A program made the position numbers and the translations under genes. DNA of 64,000 nucleotides from positions 200,814 to 264,813 of the forward strand of contig CM082585.2 of assembly GCA_040954595.2 (NCBI GenBank), written 5' to 3'. The stretch comes from Balanoglossus misakiensis (Eukaryota > Animalia > Hemichordata). The notes beneath the pieces were generated by a model that did not search any database, was not told where the DNA came from, and was given only the letters and a program-made list of their open reading frames with translations. The first letter of the stretch is position 1, and the number at the start of each line of letters is the position of its first letter. Of this stretch, positions 11,915-22,970 are shown piece by piece.

Positions 11915-14900
11915 ATACTGAGAATAGCCCCCAAAGGAAATCTGATAGGAATACGATAGAAGAAAAGAAAGAGAAGGAGGGACATGTTTTAGAGACGAAC
12001 CCATCAGCAGCAGACAAACCATTACCAGATGGGCTTGTGGGAGAAAGTATGACTGCTGAAGTTTTCGTTGGAGGTGTCAGATGCAACTGCCTGCTGGATA
12101 GTGGCTCGCAGGTCACACTTATTACCCATTCTTTCTACAAGGAACATTTGTCACATTGCAAACTCAACTCAATCGATGATTTGGTAGTACGAGGTGCTGG
12201 TGATCAAGTGGTTCCATACTATGGATACATTCAAGTGTCTGTGTGTTTCCCAAGAGAAGTGGCTGGAGTGGAGGAGACTTGTGAGGCATTAGCACTGATT
12301 AACCCGACCGTGAACAAAGCAAAAAGCTTCCAGTAATTTGTGGAACCAATACCAGTGTATTCAGAAACATGGCCAGTCATTGCAAGGCTGCTGCCGGAAG
12401 AAATTATGTGAAGAAATTGACAATAAACAGCCATTTTGCTGAAGCTTACCGGAGAATAGAGGCTGTTGAGAAGTGTGGTGTGGACGGCCGGATCACCTCG
12501 GTGCGAGTGGCTGGCGGGAAGCCCATCACTATTCCCAGTGGACAGACAATGTCTATTAGATGTATAGGATGGGGAAGGCCAGGACTACCCGAAACGACAG
12601 TTTTGGTTGAACCTCCACTGGAAAACCAGTTACCAGGAGGACTGATAGTCAAGAGCAGTGTCACCACGTTTAACCCCAGAGGTCGCAGAAGAGTGAAAGT
12701 GATTGTGCACAATGAGACAGGACATCATATAACCCTGAGACCGAAGCGAGTAGTGGCTGACTTGTACTTGCCTGAATGGGTGAGACCCATGCAACCGGAT
12801 GAACTCAAACCAAAGCAAGAGGAAGATGACAGTTTGGAGGGGAATAGCCAGTGCCGAAGTTGCCCAGTACAAGCCAGAGATGCTGAAGTGGCTACAGACG
12901 GTAGTGGGGATAGTGAATTTGTTGTGGACTTTGGTGACTCACCGCTTACGTACGAAGACAAGGTCAGGATAAACGAGAAACTGAAGAAACGAATGCACGT
13001 GTTCTCTCAGCATGATTGGGACGTCGGTTGTACGCCTGCAGTTGAACACCACATTCCACTGAGCGATGCAACCCCATTCCGAGAGAGGTCCAGACGTATA
13101 ACCCCTTCTGATTTCTATGATGCCAAGCGCCACATACAGGAACTGTTGGAGGCTGGAATTATCAGTGAGTCAAAAAGCCCATATGCGTCCTCCATAGTAC
13201 TAGTGCGGAAGAAGAATGGTTCCATACGGATGTGCGTGGACTACCGGACCTTGAATGCCCGAACCATACCCGATCAGTACACTGTGCCCAAGATCCAGGA
13301 GGCGTTAGACTGCCTAAATGGATGCTCGTGGTTCCATGTGTTGGATCTGAAATCCGGTTACTACCAGATCCCCATGGCTGAGGAAGACAAGGACAAAACT
13401 GCTTTCATATGTCCACTGGGTTTCTATCAATTTGAACGGATGCCCCAGGGGATTACTGGTGCACCCGCCACGTTCCAGAGATTGATGGAAAAGTGTATGA
13501 GTGACATGCACCTGATCGAGCTGTTGATTTATTTTGATGACCTGATCATATTTGGCCGTGACTTGAATGAAGCTGGGGACCGGCTTATGAAAGTGCTGGA
13601 CAGATTAAGCGAGTATGGGTTGAAATTATCCCCTGAGAAATGCCAACTTTTCCAGAAGACAGTCACCTATATTGGCCACAAGGTAGACGAGAATGGAGTG
13701 AGTCCAGACCCTACAAAAATAGAAGCCCTGAAGACATGGCCCACCCCAAAGAATATCAAAAAATTGAAAACTTTCTTGGGATTAACCGGTTACTACCGAC
13801 GCTTTGTGGAGAACTATGCACAAATAGTTAGACCCTTGAATGATCTGACTGCAGGATATGTACCCCCAAAGTTGAGGAAGAAATTTGGAAAGTACAGGGA
13901 CGACAATGGCATACCATACCGAAGTGCTACAGAGCCGTTTGGGAGCAAATGGACGCCGGAATGCCAACAAGCCATGGATCGGATCATTGACCTGTTGACT
14001 CACGCACCAGTATTGGCCTTTGCCGATTTGTCCCTACCCTTTGTATTACATACAGATGCTAGTCTGGATGGACTTGGTGGCGTGTTGTATCAGCAACATG
14101 GAGACCTGCTGAAGCCAGTGGCCTACGCCAGTAGAGGTCTTACGAAGAGTGAGAAGAGATATCCTGTACACAAGTTAGAATACCTAGCTCTGAAGTGGTG
14201 TGTGACAGACAAGTTTCACTACTACCTATATGGCGCAAAATTCAAAGTTGTCACCGATAAAAACCCGTTGACGTATGTCCTGACGACCGCCAAACTGGAT
14301 GCAGCTGGACATCGTTGGCTGGCAGCCCTTGCAGCGTATGATTTCACCCTGCAGTATCGTAGTGGCCGAGCCAACATTGATGCGGATGCACTGTCCCGAC
14401 GTCCACATGCGGAGGCCCCAGATGACCAGGAGTCACGACGTATTGAACAGAGGATACAAGAGCTGAAAGATCGGATACATGGAGATGTGCAGAAGCCTGA
14501 TGAAGTTATGACTAGGGACGTGATCAGAGCCATCGCTATGAGTCATGGTGTGATTGAATACCCCCAACATGTCATTTGTAAGCATAGTGCACTTTCGTGT
14601 GGCTGCACTGCCTCATCAGGAACTACAAACAAAGACAGCCAGAGACCAGCAAGATTCCCAGTGTTGATCGAGACCATTGCTACCTCAGCTGCCGCCATCC
14701 CAGAGCCATATGAGCTGAAAGAATATTACCAAGAATACCCACCAGGAACTGATTTGTCCACCATGGCAAAGTCCAAGGATTGGTTCATGCTACAGAGGGA
14801 GGATAAGACCCTGGCAGGAGTTATTGACTACTTGGAATCGGGGAAGAAAGTGACCGACTTCAAATCACTCCCAAATGAAGTACGAATTCTGTTGAGACAG

Positions 14901-16499
14901 CGACGCAAACTTTTCCTGATGGATAGAGTTTTGTACCGCAAGACAAGAGACAGCCAAGGTTTAGAGACTTTCCAGCTGGTATTACCAACCGAATACTGTG
15001 ACCAGGCGTTGAGCGCACTGCATGATGACATGGGTCACATGGGTATTGACAAGACATTTGAATTGATGAGAGCAAGATTTTACTGGCCTAGAATGAGAAC
15101 CGATGTTGAGAAGAAATGCCAGACTTGCAGCCAGTGCGTACGTCGAAAACAGTTACCCCAGCGAACTGCACCACTGGTCAACATTTTCTCCAGTGCGCCT
15201 ATGGAACTAGTATGCATTGATTTCCTCACTATTGAGGCTGATAGACACAATGTCCAGAATGTGCGAGTAGTTACCGATCACTACACCAGATACGCCCAAG
15301 CCTACACGACAAAAGACCAAGAATCGAAGACAGTTGCCAAGGTACTATGGGAGAAGTTTTTCGTTCACTATGGTCTACCAGCCCGTATCCATAGTGACCA
15401 AGGTCGATGTTTTGAAAGCCGACTCATCAAAGAACTCTTGAAAGTGGCAGGCATACGCAAGTCTAGGACAACACCCTACCATCCTCAAGGTAACCCACAG
15501 CCAGAGAGGTTTAACAGAGTTCTCCTTAACCTACTTGGCACTTTGGATGCTAAGGAGAAGCAGCATTGGAGCAAACATATCAGTTTCCTCGTGCATGCTT
15601 ACAATTGCACAAAGAATGAATCCACGCAGTTCTCACCATATTACCTGATGTTTGGGAGAGAAGCCAGACTTCCCATTGACCTGTGTTTTGGCGTGAGTCC
15701 AGACGAGCATTCTCACCAAGATTACCTTCAGTATGTTGAGGACTTGAAGCAGAGATTGAAAGGAGCCTACAAGATGGCAGAAAGTGAAGCCCAGAAGTCC
15801 GCTGCTGCCAACAAGCGGAGATATGACAGTAAAGTCCGTGGCAGTAGTGATCTCCTTGTGGGTGATAGAGTTCTTGTATGCAATGTTGGATTGATAGGCA
15901 AACACAAGTTGGCTGACCGATGGAAGCCTGATGTCTATATTGTGATGAAGAAAAACGATGAGAAACTGCCAGTGTACGTGGTGAAGCCTGAAACTGGGGA
16001 AGGTAGCCAACGGACATTGCACAGGAATATGCTGCTTCCTGTTGGGTATTTGTCTGCACCTGAGCCAGTAGAAGCCGAACCAGAACTATGAAGACCAGTG
16101 ACCAGGAGATATGCCAAGGAGAGAGCCATTGCGACAACACAGTTAGAATCAGATTCAGAACCTGATGATGGATGTATTTCTCAGTTGTTCAAAGAGGACA
16201 CTGATGTAGCAGAAGTACATGAATCTGTACACAAATGTGAAACTGATGTCCCAAGTGTGCTTGAACCTGAGCTGCCAGATCCAGTCACTGCCCCAGAAGA
16301 TGCCCTGGTTGATGAGAGTAACACAGCACCCGTAGCCCCTGTTCCAGTCAGAAGATCCAAGCGACGAACTGCCGGAAAACCTGCTGAACGATTGACCTAT
16401 GACCGAGGGGGTGTGCTAGCCAATAATGCCCTTGTAAATTTTGAAACCAAACAGGCACCAATGTCATACAATAACATGAATTTGTGGCGCCCATGGTGA
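11881..16499 (+). pseudogene. pol: pol: aspartic protease, reverse transcriptase, RNase H, integrase; frameshift at ~12325 and a probable one near 16090
   Basis: LLDSGSQVT (PR); RMCVDYR.LN, LDLKSGYYQI, MPQG..GAPATFQ, YFDD (RT); TDASLDGLGGVL, KLEYLALKW, N.DADALSR (RH); HDDMGH..C..C, IDF/HSDQG/PERFNR (IN). The frame switch restores LPVICGTN after the protease. Confidence 0.95.
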
Positions 16500-16636
16500 G
16501 GGATGGGGAATTGTGCAAAAAGTCCCTTTGAAAGTATTCTTGTTAAGTAGTTTGAAAGTGTTCTGCAGTTATATTTAACATTTGTTTGAATGTACCACTG
16601 CCCAATTGATACTTACACCCAGAGTGTGTAAGCTTT

Positions 16637-16645
16637 GGAGGGGAA
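16637..16645 (+). promoter_or_regulatory. Polypurine tract
   Basis: GGAGGGGAA 2 nt upstream of the 3' LTR start TGTAACCC. Confidence 0.75.
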
Positions 16646-16647
16646 TG

Positions 16648-16907
16648 TGTAACCCGGTTTACAAAATAAACCATGTGATAGTCATGTGATATGCTGTCCC
16701 AAGGGAGGATCATTTCCCGCCAAATAGGGTCACGTGATAAAAGTTTCAGTCACGTAATTACTTTCCTTTATACAACAATGTGAGACTGTCAAGTTTCAGT
16801 CCACTGACGGCTAACACTTCTGTGGACGAAGTGCAGCGTTTCTTGTTAGGGAATTGCCCAGAGACGGTGTGGTTGGTCTTTCAAACAGATTTATTTGAAA
16901 CCTACAG
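16648..16907 (+). repeat. 3' LTR, partial
   Basis: Matches 8552-8840 and loses homology after GAAACCTACAG. No GGGTTACA end was found downstream. Confidence 0.85.
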
Positions 16908-18080
16908 GTACGTTGACTCATTCTTTGTGATGCAAAGTCGAGCATTTAAATGTGAAATGACTTGTAAGGTCAAGGCATTGTTATTGCGTGTGAAGTGCCT
17001 TTGTCCTTTTACTGTGTTCGGAACACAAAGGATTTCTTATTTGTCTTCATTGTTCTGCCCTGGGATTGAGAAAATGGCCTTTAATATGTAAAGTGTCAGT
17101 TGCAGGTGCATGGCAGTACAATTGACATGATCCTTTAATTTTACAGTGCAATTATAAGATAATACTTACAAATCCTCCAGACATTATTCTGAAGAGAGAT
17201 ATGTATGCTTCCTGGCTGTTATTCATAAACTGGAACTCCACAGTGCGTGAGTTTTGAAACATGGCACCAAGTGATTGCTGTGGGGAAAAAATTGACTCCA
17301 ATCACCATCCCTTGTGCAGGCCAAAGATCATGATATTGCCCTCGCTAACATGTGTTATTATTTAAATATTTCACCTCTACTTATGCAATGAATTAATGAA
17401 TACAAAGTGTTGTAGGTCATCCAACATGAGAATGTCACTAACAAAATTATCATTGAGTTTCAAATCCCAAGTAACAGTGGACTTATATAGTTTATCACCC
17501 AGATGAAATTTTTTATCTAAATCTGCTCCTGTCGTATAAGGTTGCTTTGTTAAGACATACAAAGGGAAATTATTGCATTGCATGTACACTGTGTGCCTCT
17601 GGATGAAAGACCAATCTGTGTACTTCCTTGATGGGTACTACCACACGTTGTTCAGCCAAGCTCATAATTTATGTAATGTGTACCCTCCAAAGATACATCT
17701 GGAAGCACCCTAAAAATCAAATCGTTTATCGAAAAATGCTCACTATCCAACATGATCCAAACACAATAACCCCATTGACCTACAGTCAATTGTTTTAATT
17801 AGTTATTTGTATGTGAGCTGTACACACCTCTTGCCATTCCAAGGCTCCATGCCAAACAACACTTTTCAGTTGTTGTTGTTGTTTTTGTTGTTGTGGATCA
17901 ACTTGCTGCTGGTGAGTCAACTTGATGCACTTGAGCTGTAGAGGGCACTGGTATGTCCAGATCCATCGGTAGTGAAGTACTGGTATTAGCCTGTAATAAC
18001 ACATACAAATCATGACTGTAAATAATTCTGTACCGTCCACAATTCTGATTGGACGAGAGCTCAATACAGCGATGCTAAAA

Positions 18081-18400
18081 TTAAGCAATAAAACATCCCC
18101 AGCCATGTTATACCACGAGATTTTGACCAGTTCACAACATATACGCACGAGCGATAGCGAGTGCGTATGTGGAGTTGAACTGGTCAAAATCGAGTGGTAT
18201 ACCATGGCTGGGGGTGTTTTATTGCTATTATATTATGCCGGTATATTGAAACTTTGCATAAAACATTTTAAAAAGGCATTTTCTTTGACTATGATATATG
18301 ACTGTGGTATATGGCTAATATATCACGGTCACGTGTCCTGTCTCGACCAATCAAATAGTGTGATTTACACCATCAATATACTGGTATAATATAATACTCA
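18081..18400 (+). mobile_element. Terminal-hairpin element family 2, copy A
   Basis: Palindrome at 18084-18226 with apex CGAG-CGATAG-CGAG (18148-18161). Near-identical copies at 21033-21344 (inverted) and 51080-51372. Confidence 0.9.
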
Positions 18401-19385
18401 TTATATTATAGCTTTATCAATACCAGTGAATTTTGTGACGTCATAGCTATACATTATTACTGATAATGTATCGTGTTATTCGATGGACGCGCGACGCGCC
18501 GAAGAACCAGTGGACGTGTACAATTTCCGACTGAATAACGGAGGATTTCAAACAATGCGAACATTTAGAGGGCTAAAAAAAGAAATGCAAACGTACACAG
18601 AATAAATACGGCGATATTTATTAATTTCCAAATCTGTCCTCGACTGGCGTTTTGTTTATTTTTTCTTGCTACGGCTGCAGTACATGTCGTCTGCTCTTGA
18701 ATCACGCACAGTCAACATGGCTCGCTCACGCACGTAAAGCAAACCTCTCCATGATGCTGGATTTGACATTCGTTCACCATACATACCGTGTACCATGTAC
18801 CAAGCAGTCATGTCAACGAAGCTATACGTAAAAAAAATATGCCGCAAGTACGGAGGGTCGATCGAGGGCGAGTTTGTTTATGTATTGCAACCTTCCGAGC
18901 GCCCATATACGTGAACTTTCCTGAGAACGCAAACGAATTCAAATATTCCCCGAGTCCTCCCCAAGATTACACAAAAATCGTAACTTTTTCAGATATATTT
19001 CAGCAGAACCCTTAAATGAATTTTCACATGCGTAAATAAACCTTCATTATTTATTTCCTGATGTTTGAATATGATACTAGAAATGTACAGTACACTGATA
19101 CACTGCGATCAGGTGACCTTTTGTTTACGCGTACGCCATTGCTCTGTTCTCGATCTCCGTGTCCGAGTCTGAATTGTTCGCACCTATAATTTTTGAAGTC
19201 TGCAAATTCACTGGCATTGACAAAACAATAAAATAATGAGAATAATGAACGCCCCAAAGACCCATAATGGACTCAAGCACACATTGTGCTCCATAATATA
19301 CTCGGCTTCGCCTCGTATATTATGACGCACAAAGTGTGCTTTCATCCATTATGGGTCTTTGGGGCGTTCATTATTCTCTAAATAA
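18401..19385. mobile_element. Terminal-hairpin element family 3
   Basis: CpG-rich interior and a palindrome at 19238-19378 with apex CTCG-GCTTCGC-CTCG (19301-19315). Confidence 0.7.
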
Positions 19386-19884
19386 TTAATGCACTGCTAA
19401 AACGGGCCGCTGAACTAGCATACGGCAGCAAAAATGTGCGGTTAAACCACAGTCGCGCGTGTTTAAATCAAATAAATAAAACAAAAATACTGTTGAATGA
19501 ACAGATGTTTCATTTTGGAACTGCTCTGTGAAAATATTTGTCACTTTGTCACGCGCGATGCCCGTCTTGTCACTTTTTGTCATCTGCTTCATGTTTAATG
19601 CTCATTCCCGGCCGCTCGTGTTTACATTCATCGTCGCCATGTTGGTTCACGATCGTAATTTCTCTTTCTGACGCCGTTTCGGTAAGAAAATGATACTGAT
19701 ATGCCACAAAAACAATTGTTGATATAATATAATAGCAATAACCCCCGCCTCAGTCGGGTATACACTTGATTTGGGTACAATTCCCTCCATATAGCACTCG
19801 CCTGACGGCTTGTGCTATATGTCTCGAATTGTGCTATATGTCTCAATATCGCGTATACCCGCCTTCGGTGGGGGTTATTGCTTA

Positions 19885-20403
19885 GGGCGACGTTTTTATT
19901 TTCTGTGTTTCTCATCTCCCGACCGACCGTAAATTTCAGCTCCGACATGAAAATAAAAAAAACTTTTATTTGCGCCGACTCTGAGCCTGAGGCGATCATC
20001 CTAGCAACAGCGCCCCCAACGGCTAATTGTGAGATTTTGCAAATATGACGTCATATTCATCATGGCGGTCGTGTCGGACCATGGCTGAAGCCATCGAGGC
20101 CGGAGGAAAGGGAAGAAATTGTAGAGAATGAAAGGACAGAGCATTAAAGAGAAAGACAAGAAATTATAGTGACTAAAAGGACAGAGAGCACAAAACACTG
20201 GACTGAAAGATAAGAAATTGCAATGACTGAACAGCCAGAACATTGAACAGAAACAAATAAGCCTACACATTTGTTTGTAATGGATAAAACATGGAACTGA
20301 AACAGGTTTTTTTTTTTTGGTACACGTTTTTTTTTATTTCGCCCGCCCGCCCTGCCTGACTATTCCTCTGGAGATGAGAAACAAATAAAAAAAAGGGTCA
20401 CCC
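19885..20403. mobile_element. PIF/Harbinger-type MITE
   Basis: Termini GGGCGACGTTTTTATTTT...TTTCTCATCTCC / GGAGATGAGAAAC..ATAAAAAAAAGGGTCACCC with a 3-bp TTA TSD. Confidence 0.7.
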
Positions 20404-21032
20404 TTAAATATCAATCACATGATCTGGCCATGTGACCCAAAGCATTGTCATTTCCAGGTAATGGGAAAACAATATTGCGGTATCCCGTATAATATTTTTC
20501 CATATGTGTTTATACTTTAGAACCACCAGACAGGTAACATGTATCAGTCATGGTGCCTCAACAGCATCTTGGCATTCGTCTGCACAGTCGTCATTTGCAC
20601 CACATTGCTGAAATTCCCCGTTAGCTGGAAATTTGAATGCCAACGGAACTGCGTCTGATGTCATTGATATCAAAGAAAATCTTTATCTACTGGTCATCCA
20701 ATGTCCTCAGTTAAGACATCAAGCTGCCATCTTCTGATGTCATGTTAGGTAACAAATTATCCAAATGCAGTTCTATTAAAATACTGAAAAGTGATAAAAT
20801 GTCACTTGCCAGGCAAAAGGGATAGATGGGTATTATAACTCAGTTCATAACATAACATACCAATGACTGGTTTTGTACATGTACTTGTGGCTGTGTCAGA
20901 GTTCGAACAACATTGGTGCCAGTGGTGACAGGTGGATTCTTGCTGCAGCTCACATTAGGTACTGTCGGTTGTGTTGACTGCACTCCTGTTTGCATCAATG
21001 ACTGCATAAGTAAACACAGTAGTATTAAATCG

Positions 21033-21344
21033 TTATTATAGTATACCAGTATATTGATGGTGTAAATCACGCTATTTTATTGGTCGAGACACGTGACTGT
21101 GATATATTAGTCATATACCACAGTCATTTATCATAGTCAAAGAAAATGCATTTTTAAAATGTTTTATGCAAAGTTTCAATATACTGGCATGATATAATAG
21201 CAATAAAACACCCCCAGCCATGGTATACCACGAGATTTTGACCTGTTCAACTCCATATACGCACTCGCTATCACTCGTGCGTATATGAAGTGAACTGGTC
21301 AAAATCTCGTGGTATACCATGGCTGGGGGTGTTTTATTGCTTAA
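21033..21344 (-). mobile_element. Terminal-hairpin element family 2, copy B (inverted)
   Basis: Reverse complement of 18081-18393; apex CTCG-CTATCA-CTCG at 21264-21277. Confidence 0.9.
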
Positions 21345-22819
21345 ATAACTCCAACATTAACTTTGGATATCAGCCGTGATGTCTTATTCTACTCTGTAAA
21401 ACATTAAGAATTACCGTAATCACGCCAATAATTCAACCAGAAACAAATGGCTGGAAATTCACAGTAGGCAATTACGCACTGGTCCAACACTTTGAGGTTA
21501 TAAAATAATTAATTATCGAAAGAATAGTGGAAGGTCGAACTAATGACACGGTCGAACAGATGGCACGATCAAGGTACTCAGAGTTTGGTTTTCAAACAAT
21601 GGTGTTCTACATATTGTTAAACATTGTTATTGTTGAAAAATAAATTCTGAGTTCATTTAATATTCACACTGCCCATTACTCATGTACAAGTTCTGTTGAA
21701 AAGCTAAAGACTGAACATTTCATAAAGCTATCCAGAGCTGAACAAGAAACTAGGGTTAATTCTATCAGTGAAAAATACTGAAAAAAACAAATGTTAATTT
21801 GCCTTTAGCAGTTAGCAGAAAATGTCACCAAAATTTTACCAAGACATTGGCGTATTATACCATTGATAGGAGAATATGAAAAGGGGAATTTGAATATTTT
21901 TTCCTCAGGTTTTGGCAAAGTATAATCAAACCAATCGAAATGACTGCAGTGGCAACATAACATATTTGACAGTCAAATCTGTGTTTGTTTCCACCACTAT
22001 ATAGTGGCCACTTTGTTTCAGTTCATGTACATGTACATTGCACATTAATTGACCCGTCTATAGAAGCCACCTGTCTATAAATGCCAGTTTAGGAAAGTCC
22101 CTTGACTGGCCAGTATAGACAGGTTTGACTGTACCTACCTCTTTGTGGCTGTGAATCAGTACCTGACCATCTCTAGGGCTTGGAGTTGATAGGATTCACA
22201 TCAGCAATTTGCCATTTGCATGACACCTTCTACGGCTTTCAGTGCAGCAGCTGGTGCCTGCTGGGAAGTCATCTTTGGTGGTGAAATTGTCTGTCCAAAA
22301 AGAGTAACAAACCTAGTTAATATGGAGCATTATCAAGGCCAGTATTCAAACCACCATTTTTAATTCATGACTTCCAATTTTTAATTCGATGTTGAACTTG
22401 CAACTCTTGAAGTCCCATTTTCTGAAGAAGACACTGCAGTAAATACTTAAAACAAAAATATTGAAAACATTTAGTGAAAAGTTATACAGCTAATGAAGCT
22501 TGAAATATGTTCAGACACAAGTAGAACAGGCAATGAAAACACATTATAAACATTGAGAAAAACACCCAAAGTAACATGTACTACCGGTATCTATTTGGGC
22601 TCGTTCTGGTCAAAATTGTAGTTTATTACTAAAACATGTTAGAATTAATTGTATAGAGCCTGGAATTAATTTTACCAGTATGTAGAATTATTTTTTATGT
22701 GCTTTAATTATTTTTTGTAGTCATGCAGAAATCATTTTATGTGTTCTAAATAATTATTTTAGCTTATCTTTGTTAGAAATAATTTTGCCAACAATATCTC
22801 AAATTATTTTTACGTGTAC

Positions 22820-22970
22820 AATCGAATTAATTACAGGTGTAGTGTCGAATTAATTTTACGTGTTGTGTCGAATTAATTTCACGTGTAGTGTCGAATTAAT
22901 ATCACCTGTTTGGTCAAATTAATTTCACGTGTTGTGTCGAATTATTTTACGTTGTGTCGAATTAATATTG
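22820..22970. repeat. 23-bp tandem repeat, possibly subterminal repeats of a DNA transposon end near 22992
   Basis: GTGTCGAATTAATTTTACGTGTT-like unit, about 6 copies, followed by ...TTCCGCGTA and a YY1-like CAAGATGGCGGC. Confidence 0.75.

Larger units (their letters stand above)
8552..16907 (+). mobile_element. Ty3/Gypsy LTR retrotransposon (PNMA-like Gag lineage), slightly decayed; 3' LTR incomplete or discordant
   Basis: LTRs starting TGTAACCC at 8552 and 16648, a PBS, a PPT, and gag-pol with PR-RT-RH-IN domain order. Confidence 0.95.
18020..19884. mobile_element. Terminal-hairpin element family 4 (outer element, split by families 2 and 3)
   Basis: Left part TAAATAATTCTGTACC...TTCTGATTGG...GCTAAAA (18020-18080) plausibly resumes at 19386. 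Hairpin at 19734-19882 with apex CTCG-CCTGACGG-CTTG (19797-19812). Confidence 0.6.

Noticed and set aside
10440-16140. Antisense ORFs over gag-pol, and a possible env
   Set aside because: Shadow ORFs of the coding strand. The 3' ORF 16098..16499 is a low-complexity integrase tail with no signal peptide or TM segment.
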